Positions 18,757 through 27,308 of a stretch of 64,000 bases of DNA are shown here, piece by piece. Under the pieces are notes generated by a model that was not told where the DNA came from, did no database searches, and saw only the letters and a list, made by a program, of their open reading frames with translations. Source of the DNA: a virus; IMG/VR virus record IMGVR_UViG_3300037454_000146, positions 32,001-96,000 of that record. One strand, written 5' to 3'. Each line of letters opens with the position of its first letter. Position 1 is the first letter of the stretch. The position numbers and the translations under genes are program-made.

Positions 18757-18783
18757 AAGCCTTGCCTAATCGCAGGGCTTTAC
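18757..18783 (+). terminator. Intra-operon hairpin/terminator between antitoxin RNA and toxin gene
   Basis: AAGCCUUGC / GCAGGGCUU form 9 bp with one U.G pair. That pair is valid only on the plus-strand RNA and would be C.A on the other strand. A short U run follows. This matches the ToxIN-type layout. Confidence 0.55.
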
Positions 18784-18798
18784 TATTAGGAGTATTTT

Positions 18799-19251
18799 AT
18801 GATTACAGGTCACTTCTATTTTCTCAAGCCAGAATATACACAACAATTTGCAAATCCAAAGTTTATGAATAACAATGAACATAACCGCCCGTATTTCTGT
18901 GCCTTTACAGAGGATAGCCACATCTTTTGGCTTGTGCCGATTTCCTCTAAAGTGGATAAATTTGAACGTATTTACAACAATAAAGTTGGTCGTTATGGTA
19001 AGTGTGACACCATTGATTTCTGCCACATCCTCGGCAGAAAGAAAGCGGTTTTAATCCAGAATATGTGTCCTGTAACACAAGAGTTTATTTTGAATGAGTA
19101 TAACGATCCGCATGGTAAGCCAGTACAACTTTGTGAGAAAGTGCGCAAGCGCATTACTCATAAAGCAAAGAAAGTCCTCGTTCTTCACCGCAAAGGCGTT
19201 GACCTGTTGTTTGGGGACGTTCTAAAAATTAAAAAAGAATTATCAAAATAG
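18799..19251 (+). CDS. Type III toxin, ToxN/AbiQ/CptN-family endoribonuclease
   Basis: 150 aa with the RBS AGGAG. Family-like blocks: FYFLKPEY..., NRPYFCAF, WLVPISSKVDKF, AVLIQNMCPV (compare PLSSxK and NMIPV in ToxN/AbiQ). Preceded by repeat RNA and a terminator. Confidence 0.75.
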   Translation: MITGHFYFLKPEYTQQFANPKFMNNNEHNRPYFCAFTEDSHIFWLVPISSKVDKFERIYNNKVGRYGKCDTIDFCHILGRKKAVLIQNMCPVTQEFILNEYNDPHGKPVQLCEKVRKRITHKAKKVLVLHRKGVDLLFGDVLKIKKELSK

Positions 19252-19308
19252 TTGAATATCGTACCCCTAATTCCATTCACTGAGACTGAATTATGAGGTG
19301 ATGAAAAA

Positions 19309-19413
19309 ATGAGTTTTGTTTATAAACCCGTACACGTTAGAGCATATTATCGTATACGTTACGGCGCACTGGAATATGTGCGTGAACACTATCGCTCATA
19401 TCCCATAAGATAA
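19309..19413 (+). CDS. Possible 34-aa basic Arg/Tyr-rich peptide
   Basis: MSFVYKPVHVRAYYRIRYGALEYVREHYRSYPIR with a good RBS (GAGGTGA). However, it lies entirely inside an intron RNA domain closed by a 15-bp helix on the opposite strand, so it may be fortuitous. Confidence 0.25.
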   Translation: MSFVYKPVHVRAYYRIRYGALEYVREHYRSYPIR

Positions 19414-19848
19414 TGGGAGTTCACCAGTAATTTGGTCAGGATTCAAACTCTTTAATCCAGTGGACGGAACTAAGGGTACGATTTTTCTGCTTTCTCCACG
19501 CTTGCAGTAGCGCAAAACAATAGGGGAGAATCCTCTTTGAAACCAACGCATTTCTGCGCCTATGGACTATATCTTTGTGGTGTTACGCCACAGCTTCTTT
19601 TAGTCTCTGAACCTTCCCTTGCGGGCTTGGCTGCTGATTAACCGTTAAACAACCTTTAGCTTTTGAGCATGGGTTATCCGCATAATTTTTTCTGCTTTCG
19701 CAACATTCACGCTTGCAACCAGTGGTTGCTACGTTGTAGTCTACGCGGCTTTGGGTACTTCCAGCAATTAAAAAGCTCATTTGTGAGGGACGTATCACCC
19801 CGCAACAATTTCGTAACAATGCGAGGTTAGGCATATTCGGTTAGGTTT

Positions 19849-22362
19849 ACCTATCCCTTTGAAGCTGCCGACAGCGGCGAGCCCTGTAAGTAAAGTCGGG
19901 AGTGTCCCGAACTTGTCGATGATTTTTGTCAGTATCTCTAAAAACTCTTTGGCGGTGTCTACCACGCCCTTAATAAAGTCGCTACCTACGACCGTCTGAG
20001 CGAGGTCTTGGTATGCCGCCTTTAAGCTGTCAATAGAATACTGAATCGACTTCGCGTATTCTTCTTGCTCGCGACGTGCAGAGCCCGCAGAACCCTCGGC
20101 GGTCTTGTAAACCTTTTCAAGCAACTCGCCGTTTTCGAGGATTGCCGCACCTATATTCGACTGACGTTTGCCAAATAGCTGCTCAAGAACTGAGCTTCGC
20201 GAGAGGTCATCAAGTTGACCCCACACCTTAGAGATTTCGAGAAGAATCTGATATGTTGATTTATATGTTGTGTCGTCAAGCTGAATGTCTACGCCTGTAA
20301 GCGCAAGCATCTGCTGTCTGAGCTTCGATATATTTTCAGCCGCACCCTCTGCATCCTCACCAATCTGTTCAAGCTCTGTCTTGGTTGAACGGAGACGAAG
20401 TGATACGGTTTTGATGCCCTGTCCGACAGTGGTCGGGTCTTGGGCGACAGTGTTTGCCGTGGTGATAAGCGCTATACTTTCGCTCAGAGTGTTATTTCCA
20501 GCCGCTAACGCGGAAGCAGAGCGTTTGAGAGCCTCACCTATACCACCAGAAGATATTGCGAAGTTATTGCCGACTTCGTTAAATTTGTCTACAATTTCTA
20601 TCGAGTTCTGCGCCTCTATATTAAAGGCTTTCATCGTAGACACTAAATCTTCTGCCGCTTGTGTTTCAGTTATGCCGTCGCCGACATTCTGATAAAGTAT
20701 CGCAACCTTACCGAGCTCCTCCGCGTCGGGCAAAGATTCACCCAGTCGTGCAAAGGTGCTTGTGGCGTTGATTACGTCGGTTATGCTCGCACCGAGCTCT
20801 TTGGCGGTATTGCCCGCAGACTTCTGAAATTTTCTGAAATCTTCTTCGGTCGCTTCAGTAACCTTGCGAAGTTCAACCATTGCCGTGTCAAGCGCCGTTA
20901 CCTCGTTTACCATATCTCTAATCTGCCTCTTGACAAAATTAAAGACCATATTCGCGGTAATGTAGCTCGACATTAGTTTGAATGAATTTAAGAATTTACC
21001 CCAAGCACTTTCACCTTTGAGTCCTGCGGCTTCAGCCTCTTTACCAAAGATGCGGAACTCCTCGCCAAGATGTTTAACTTCACTCGCGCTCAAATCCGCG
21101 CCTTTCGCCATACGAGATGTCAAGTCCGCCCACTTGGAGGCGAAAGTTGTGCCGTCAGACATTTGCTTGGTAGAATCTATGGCTCTCTTATTAGCAGAAG
21201 CATACGCTTGCATATCTGCTGAGAGTTTCTTAATCTTATTAGATAAAGAAGTTTCTCGACTAAGAGCCTTTTCTTCCTTTTGAGCCGCCTTTAAACCATT
21301 GGTAATATCTTGAATGGCTTGGCTTACTTCTCCATATTTCTTACTCCATTCTAAGCCACGACCAGATTCACTTTCAATCCGCTGCAACTCTACGAGATTT
21401 TTACTTGCATTTGCAAGATTGTCACCCAAAGACGATTTCGCGGACTCATCTGATAGAGCATCTATATCTTTTCTTAACGCATTAAGCGTATTATCAAAAT
21501 TTTTAGCTTTGTTAATTGCGTTATCAAATATATTAAAGGAACTTCCAGTCGATTTTAGCGACGTTCCGATATTAGCCGCAGCCGTCTTGAGATTATCAAG
21601 TGCCTTCTGTGCGGATTCCACAGAGCCAACGCCAGACTCTAAATCAATAATGGCGTTACGAGCTGTGGTCAGCGGCTCAATTAAACCACTTTCGATTGAT
21701 TTGTGGCTTGCCTCGAAATTAGCAAGCTCTTTACTTAGTCTTGCTAAATCTTGCTGTATTTTGCCAACGCCCTTGTCAGAATAAGAACCACCAATATACT
21801 CAAACTTTTGACCAGTAGAATCAAGCAAGAAATTAAGTTCTCTAACCTCGCCAGAAGCAGCCTGTATTCTCGCAATTATCTTATTTATACTATCCGCCGA
21901 CTCTTGATCGTTATATTTGCCTGTAACGGTAACAGTACCCAATGATGATAGGCGACTTTGTATTGTAGCCATTGTACGCTCGGCGTTGATTATCCCGTCT
22001 GCATTTGTCGCAACCTTAAACGGCTCAACAAACCTACTATCTAAATCCGCAAGCGTTTTCTTTAAAGTGAGAACTTTGTTTGTTACAGTTTCGACACTCT
22101 TAGCAACATTCTCGATGTTTTGCGCCGATTGTCCAGTACCAGCCTGTATTTCTATTTTGGGAATATCTATTTTCAGTTTTTTAGATATTTCGCTAACTTG
22201 ATTTTGCAGAGTAGCCAAACTGTTTGTGTCGAGACTACAAGCTATTGATAATGCTTTGTTGGCATCCAATCGCTTTTTAACTTCTTCTAAATCTTTTTCA
22301 ATTGTACTGACGGTCTTGGGTATGTCCAAACTCGCCACTATTTCAATTCTGTTATCGTCCAT
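19849..22362 (-). CDS. Tail tape measure protein, exon 1 (5' part)
   Basis: Exon 1 is 838 codons and ends ...AAVGSFKGIG at a codon boundary. It contains a TP901-type TMP core (FNEVGNNFAISSGGIGEALKRSASALAAGNNTLSESIALITTANTVAQDPTTVGQGIKTVSLRLR). The ORF-track extension beyond 19849 (KPNRICLTSHCYEIVAG) is intron read-through. Confidence 0.85.
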
Positions 22363-22379
22363 TTCATCACCACTCTTTC

Positions 22380-22868
22380 TTAATACCAGTCAGATATATC
22401 TACATCCCATGAAACTGTTACGCCCCAACGGTTGCTTGCATTGAATTTTTGCACTCCTTTGCTAATATAATCATATCCGTCAAAACGTCTAAATCTATCT
22501 TCTTCGCCAGTATAACCATGCCAACACCAACCGTTTAGCATAAGCACATTAACTGGACTTCTATGGTCTTTGTTAAAGTTCCACGCCCACACATTGTTGC
22601 TAAATTTGAGGGACAACTTAATACGGTTGTCCTTTATTCTTGCCTGTATGAAATCTTCGGCGTATAGCGCAGTCCGCAGGTTTGCACCATCAGGTCTGCG
22701 CTTATAATAACTTGGGCTGTAACTGTCATACATGAAGTCAATCTCGTCTTGTATACAGTCATAAAGATAATCCACAGCTTCTTTGAGATTTTGCTCTACC
22801 GTTTTACCATTAGCAAGTTTTGCCTTTTTAATAACTATGCGTTTAAGCTGTTCTGCAATAGAAGCCAT
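22380..22868 (-). CDS. Hypothetical protein between chaperone-like gene and TMP
   Basis: 162 aa with its own RBS (GAGGAG). Confidence 0.6.
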   Translation of the reverse strand: MASIAEQLKRIVIKKAKLANGKTVEQNLKEAVDYLYDCIQDEIDFMYDSYSPSYYKRRPDGANLRTALYAEDFIQARIKDNRIKLSLKFSNNVWAWNFNKDHRSPVNVLMLNGWCWHGYTGEEDRFRRFDGYDYISKGVQKFNASNRWGVTVSWDVDISDWY

Positions 22869-22880
22869 GTCATCATCTCC

Positions 22881-23426
22881 TCACTTCTTTTTAGTTTTCT
22901 TTACGCTTTGTTCTACAACAGCCTCTACAAACTCCTGCTTGTCTACCTTGTCGAGCTTTTCAAGCACTTCCTTAATATCGGCAAGATTCTGTGTGTTATC
23001 CGTATTAATTATTGCCGATAAGTCAGCACAAAGCTTGTCAAATGAGGTCTGCCTTGTTGCTATGATATAGTCAATCTGCCTGTCAATCGCAGACTCCACT
23101 TCGCCCCAAACAGGCAACTTCACAACGTCGGCTTCAATCTGCGAATACCAGTTGCCGCCCTGCGTTGTCTTGAATATCTCGTTTACATCAGCATCTTCAG
23201 GCTCAATGTCGGTCATGTACTTGATGATAGAGTAGCGACGAGCTATCTCGCGATTTTCTGCGTGATATTCACCGTCCACGAATGAGGACTGCGCTACAGT
23301 CTGCACGATTGACGCAAATGTGTCTACGTCAAGATAGGTCTTGATTGTGACAGGTGCGCTATTAATGCGCTTGGTTGTGTTCTTGAGGGCAAAGTTCTTG
23401 CCGATAACGTCTGTAAGTTTACTCAT
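22881..23426 (-). CDS. Tail assembly chaperone-like protein (by position)
   Basis: 181-aa acidic protein with a Lys-rich tail, upstream of the TMP. No slippery site was noticed. Confidence 0.45.
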   Translation of the reverse strand: MSKLTDVIGKNFALKNTTKRINSAPVTIKTYLDVDTFASIVQTVAQSSFVDGEYHAENREIARRYSIIKYMTDIEPEDADVNEIFKTTQGGNWYSQIEADVVKLPVWGEVESAIDRQIDYIIATRQTSFDKLCADLSAIINTDNTQNLADIKEVLEKLDKVDKQEFVEAVVEQSVKKTKKK

Positions 23427-23490
23427 GTTAAAATCTCCTTTTTATTAGTTTACTTTCTCGCTTATATCCGTGTTGAAATAAGCACAAAAG

Positions 23491-24033
23491 TTAGATTTGA
23501 GTCTCAACTGCATATCGCCCGATAGCGATAGCGTCAGATACGTCGTCTACTTGTATATCAAGATTATAATAATCGTTTACTTTCTGCCTTATATCTTCTT
23601 TTCGTTCTGGTCGCTTTACACCTCTGCCGTATTTGCCCCACGCCGTTATCCACTTTGATTCCTCTATAATGGTATACTTAACATTGTGTTTGTGGGCAAT
23701 GTGTGCTATGAAGCCTTGCAGTCTTGCAAGCGACCTAAACCCTTTCGGATTTGCATTTTCAAATATTTCCTCAAACCATATCTCGTCAGGCTTGAACTTC
23801 TCAATAAGCTTTTCGAGTTGGTCTGTTATCGCCGTTATTCGGAGTAGAGTAGTGCCATAATCCGCTTCGGGCATAATAATACTGATAAGGTGCGGTTCTT
23901 CTTCTACTCGCAACTCATCAGCTCGTTTACTCATTTTTGGTTTTATTAGGCAATAATCTTTTAGCTTGCCATTAACAAAAAAGCCAGCCCCCGTTGCGGA
24001 AGTTGACTGGTCTATGCTCAAAACTCGTTTCAT
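23491..24033 (-). CDS. RuvC-like Holliday junction resolvase
   Basis: Start at MKRVLSIDQSTSATG follows the RBS AGGAGG. Acidic catalytic motifs: SIDQS (D), WFEEIF (E), DVSDAIAIG (D). Confidence 0.8.
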   Translation of the reverse strand: MKRVLSIDQSTSATGAGFFVNGKLKDYCLIKPKMSKRADELRVEEEPHLISIIMPEADYGTTLLRITAITDQLEKLIEKFKPDEIWFEEIFENANPKGFRSLARLQGFIAHIAHKHNVKYTIIEESKWITAWGKYGRGVKRPERKEDIRQKVNDYYNLDIQVDDVSDAIAIGRYAVETQI

Positions 24034-24075
24034 ATTTCCTCCTATAAAAAAGCACACCCGAAGGTGCGCTGTAAA

Positions 24076-25167
24076 TTATTCTGCGTATTTCCAGATGCAA
24101 TTGGCATATATTTCTTTCTTATTCTGACAACATAGTGACACATAATAAGAATTATATCCATTTTGTTTTATTTCTGAGAGCGATGCATATTGATTTAATA
24201 AAACATTATTCATATCATATTGCTCATATTTAATAGCGTTCTGTTGCGATTGCAATTCTTGATAATATAAACGGTCATTCTCCAAATTTTCGGTCGATTC
24301 ATTTTCGTATCTCCACACATAACCAAAAGCAGTATCAACCATTCTCCTACAACAAGACGAAATCAGCGATCTGTTTGTATAACCAGTTTTATCTTCAATT
24401 TCTCTAATTGAATTAAAACTACAAATTAGATTCATACCCATATCGTATTGATTAATTTTTAATCTTTGAGCCTTTTCATTAGCATAATCCAAGCGTTTTT
24501 GTAACAACTCATCAGAATAATCTTCCTCTTTAATCCATATAAATCCTTTATAAGAACGCTTAATACCACTTGCTACCGCTGACACACAGCTATGAATATA
24601 GCCATCTTGTTCAGCCTCTGTCAATGAATTGTATTTATGAAGTATTTCTCCACTATCTTTATCTATTTTATATATAGGACGAATACAACGTTCTTTATTT
24701 CTTTCAGCAATTCCCGTATTATCTTTTGTATAATCAGTTCTTTTCTTTCGAGTGCCAGAAGCCCAAGATTCTTTTTGAGCTTTTCTCATATTATTACAAG
24801 CATCAGCAGGAATTGGAACTCCCAAATGAGCCATTGATTGCCTAAGTCGTGTTTCCTCAGTAATTTCTTTATTTAAATTTCCGCCTTTTTCAATATTAAA
24901 TCCTCTTTTAAGATTTGTAGAATCGTAAAAAGCAATTAATTCAATTTCTTTTGTTTCAGCTTCTTCTTTTGATAAATTATCATACAATATCTCCGAAACT
25001 ATACAATCCCATCCGTTTTTTAATATGAATCTGAAGAAGTGAATATTGTCTTTATACCCTCGACCTCTATCAAACCTTCTTTTCGGGTTTTTCTGACAAG
25101 TGACTCCGATATATACTCGACCATCTGGGACAGTGTGTTTATACACTTTATATTTCTTTTCTTCCAT
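24076..25167 (-). CDS. Free-standing GIY-YIG homing endonuclease with NUMOD3 and three NUMOD1-like DNA-binding repeats
   Basis: The GIY-YIG region is KVYKHTVPDGRVYIGVT...RRFDRGRGY...EEAETKEIELI...GFNIEKGG. NUMOD3-like: EETRLRQSMAHLG. Three repeats are of the type YNSLTEAEQDGY...KGFIW, FNSIREIEDKTGY...FGYVW and YASLSEIKQNGY...ANCIW. Confidence 0.9.
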   Translation of the reverse strand: MEEKKYKVYKHTVPDGRVYIGVTCQKNPKRRFDRGRGYKDNIHFFRFILKNGWDCIVSEILYDNLSKEEAETKEIELIAFYDSTNLKRGFNIEKGGNLNKEITEETRLRQSMAHLGVPIPADACNNMRKAQKESWASGTRKKRTDYTKDNTGIAERNKERCIRPIYKIDKDSGEILHKYNSLTEAEQDGYIHSCVSAVASGIKRSYKGFIWIKEEDYSDELLQKRLDYANEKAQRLKINQYDMGMNLICSFNSIREIEDKTGYTNRSLISSCCRRMVDTAFGYVWRYENESTENLENDRLYYQELQSQQNAIKYEQYDMNNVLLNQYASLSEIKQNGYNSYYVSLCCQNKKEIYANCIWKYAE

Positions 25168-25237
25168 ACAAACCTCTCTTCACTCTCATTAGTTGCTCTG
25201 TGTGGATATAAAAATATCCATAACTTTTCCTAATTAT

Positions 25238-25266
25238 ATTATACCACTAATTTTATGCTCTGTCAA
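25238..25266 (-). promoter_or_regulatory. Dedicated promoter of the GIY-YIG endonuclease gene
   Basis: Minus strand reads TTGACA (25266-25261), a 17-nt spacer ending in TGG, then TATAAT (25243-25238), which gives an extended -10. Confidence 0.55.
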
Positions 25267-25271
25267 GGGGT

Positions 25272-25314
25272 TTATAAAAATTAGGGGTAAGTTTCTGTAA
25301 AGTCACTTACCCCT
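25272..25314 (-). terminator. Rho-independent terminator after the 25322..25648 gene
   Basis: Perfect 10-bp stem AGGGGTAAGT (25283-25292) / ACTTACCCCT (25305-25314), followed on the minus strand by AATTTTTAT. Confidence 0.75.
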
Positions 25315-25321
25315 TTCTTAA

Positions 25322-25648
25322 TCAATCATTATAAAGCTTTGATTTCTTTGTCTTTTTAAGCACCGTCTTTTCCTCATTAGATTTCTCGACAGTTAAAATA
25401 TCCTTAATTTGCTCGGCAATACTCGGTTTTAAATTGCTTAAATCACTATCGGCTGTAATGCCAAGATTTTCAAAAGCAATACGAGCATCATCCTTACCAT
25501 ATAACTTGGAGTTATACTGTTCAATTATCATATAAATTTGATAGTGTTCATGCGTGTCAGTATAAAACTTCCACGCATGAGTACCAGCACATGAAGGACA
25601 ATATGAATATTTCTCACCGCAAATTAAGCATTTTGTGAGATTAGCCAT
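25322..25648 (-). CDS. Hypothetical Cys4 zinc-binding protein
   Basis: 108 aa with an N-terminal CLICGEKYSYCPSC motif. Confidence 0.55.
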   Translation of the reverse strand: MANLTKCLICGEKYSYCPSCAGTHAWKFYTDTHEHYQIYMIIEQYNSKLYGKDDARIAFENLGITADSDLSNLKPSIAEQIKDILTVEKSNEEKTVLKKTKKSKLYND

Positions 25649-25662
25649 TATATGCCTCCTTA

Positions 25663-26529
25663 TTATTCGCCAGCCACAACCATTCTATAAAGCTCACGAT
25701 CCTCAGAGCAATAATCATAGCTACAAGTTAAGTTACAGTCAATATTCTGATCGAGTGCCATACCCAGAGTATAATTTGTCTGGAATTTTGCTGATGGGAA
25801 TATAAAGTATGCGTAAATAGGTGATGTCTTATCACAAACATCGTAACCTCTTACAAGAACCTTTACTACAGAAGCAACAGGGAACTCCTCTGCGGAGTTA
25901 ATAATCTGAATTGCATTAGCAGTATCATACTCATAAGTAATGAGGATAGATGAACCTTCATCATAATCTGCATTAAGAACAGTAATTGTATCTGCCGAAC
26001 CGCTACCCTTTGTGAATACAAATTCACCAGAAGAAGGTGTAGTCGTACCCTTTTCAAGCTTCTTTCTTGTTGAACCGTCTTTTGTCAGAAATGCAGCCGA
26101 TACCTTGTATACAGGAGTTCCAGCAGTACCACTATTTCTTACAGCCTGTGCAAGCGCGATAGTTGTAGTGGTTGTATCGATTGTAACCTTACCAGCGGTT
26201 GCAACAAGTTTTACTGTCTCAAATTTTGGAACAGCAATCTTGTCATCATTTGTTCCTCTTTCAACCTCTGATCCGTTCATGGCTGCCACTAATTCTAATG
26301 TCAACAGTGGAGTTGAAAATGAAACATTACAAGACTTGGCTCTCGAAATTGAGAATATAGTATTTCCTTGAGCGTCCGTCTTAGTATCTTCCTCTGCATC
26401 TACGTTAATCTGAAAATCAGCCACCTGATTCGTCATGAAAGCAAGTGATCCGTCGCTATTTTCACCGACTACATAAATGGCTCTTTCAGGCACGAATGTA
26501 GAGAGATCTGTGCTAAAAGCTACTGCCAT
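25663..26529 (-). CDS. Major tail (tube) protein, by position and composition
   Basis: 288 aa, T/S/G-rich and beta-rich. It lies downstream of the head-tail joining genes and upstream of the chaperone and TMP. Confidence 0.55.
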   Translation of the reverse strand: MAVAFSTDLSTFVPERAIYVVGENSDGSLAFMTNQVADFQINVDAEEDTKTDAQGNTIFSISRAKSCNVSFSTPLLTLELVAAMNGSEVERGTNDDKIAVPKFETVKLVATAGKVTIDTTTTTIALAQAVRNSGTAGTPVYKVSAAFLTKDGSTRKKLEKGTTTPSSGEFVFTKGSGSADTITVLNADYDEGSSILITYEYDTANAIQIINSAEEFPVASVVKVLVRGYDVCDKTSPIYAYFIFPSAKFQTNYTLGMALDQNIDCNLTCSYDYCSEDRELYRMVVAGE

Positions 26530-26549
26530 ATTATTACCACCTTTCTGTG

Positions 26550-27308
26550 TTAGTCAATTGGTTTTAGCCAATCTAATTCTTTCTTAATTTTGCTGTATTC
26601 AATACAGCCACTATATAAACCTTGATATAAATGATTTGCATTATCAATTATCGAGATACGTTTCAAACTATCAAAGAACGCATACACTTTCATATCCCAC
26701 ACTTTATCCCAACCATACTTGAAGTTTGGGTGGTTTACGAGAGCCGAAATGTATGGCAAGTAAGCCGAGTGAGTGCCTTTAAAAGCACGAAGTCTCTCTT
26801 GATATTTAGCGTCATTTCGAGCGTCAATTATCAACTGCTTCTTTGCAAAACCGCCTTTGACCTGTGTGTACTGAGGTTGTGGCATACCATGCATTTTGCG
26901 AATATACGCCGTCATTTCCTCAAAAATATCACTATTGAATTTGATGCCACTTTTATCAACCATACACAATTCGTTATCACACTCTACAGGAATAAAAGAT
27001 GAAAAGTCTAAATCACCGAATAAAGGAGATGTGTCTAACTTGTTATTCTCTTTATCCTTGTGGTTGGACAACATCATTGCAAATATGGTGAACATTTGAA
27101 AATTTGTTATCTCAGTATAATCAATTCCCATATCTTCTAATTGCGCACATCGGTCTATATTAGTTGCTGTGAATACTGAAATCATGGAGAGATATTCGCT
27201 CTCCCCATAATCACATATTTCGCCCAAAGTTGGGCATTTTATTTCAACACCGTTTGGCAACTTATAATTGTCGCCACGGTATAGTTTTAATTCGTCAATG
27301 TCTCGCAC
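26550..27308 (-). CDS. Hypothetical structural-module protein
   Basis: 252-aa ORF, co-oriented and tightly packed. Confidence 0.55.
   Translation of the reverse strand: MRDIDELKLYRGDNYKLPNGVEIKCPTLGEICDYGESEYLSMISVFTATNIDRCAQLEDMGIDYTEITNFQMFTIFAMMLSNHKDKENNKLDTSPLFGDLDFSSFIPVECDNELCMVDKSGIKFNSDIFEEMTAYIRKMHGMPQPQYTQVKGGFAKKQLIIDARNDAKYQERLRAFKGTHSAYLPYISALVNHPNFKYGWDKVWDMKVYAFFDSLKRISIIDNANHLYQGLYSGCIEYSKIKKELDWLKPID

Larger units (their letters stand above)
17997..19848 (-). ncRNA. Group I self-splicing intron in the tape measure gene (1852 nt)
   Basis: - Core read on the minus strand: P7/P3'/P8/P7' = GGUUCAGAGACUAAAAGAAGCUGUGGCGUAACACCACAAAGAUAUAGUCC. This is close to the Tetrahymena core GUUCACAGACUAAAUGUC...AAGAUAUAGUCGGACC.
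- P4'/J/P6 = CAGCAGCCAAGCCCGCAAGGG.
- P9 = GCGCA-GAAA-UGCGU.
- The guide sequence CCGAAUAU-GCCUA (19828-19840) pairs with the 5' exon UAGGU (U.G at the splice site) and with the 3' exon AUAUUCGG.
- The terminal G is at 17997. Confidence 0.8.

Noticed and set aside
19583-19834. 83-aa minus-strand ORF (also 18408..18614 and 18766..19026, minus strand) as possible intron-encoded proteins
   Set aside because: 19583..19834 lies across the P2-P8 ribozyme core. It has no RBS and a composition typical of structured RNA. The other two are shadows of the plus-strand membrane-protein and toxin genes. None shows LAGLIDADG, GIY-YIG, HNH or His-Cys box motifs.
14763-22362. Reading the two big ORFs as two separate tape-measure-like genes, or as a pseudogenised TMP disrupted by an insertion
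   Set aside because: The intervening sequence has a recognisable group I core. One guide sequence pairs with both exon ends, giving an exact in-frame junction. The C-terminal tail of the upstream ORF and the ATG of the downstream ORF are explained as intron sequence.
22380-23426. Programmed -1 frameshift joining the two genes upstream of the TMP (G/GT chaperone pair)
   Set aside because: The downstream ORF has its own strong RBS (GAGGAG) and ATG after a 12-nt gap. I saw no slippery heptamer near the end of the upstream ORF.
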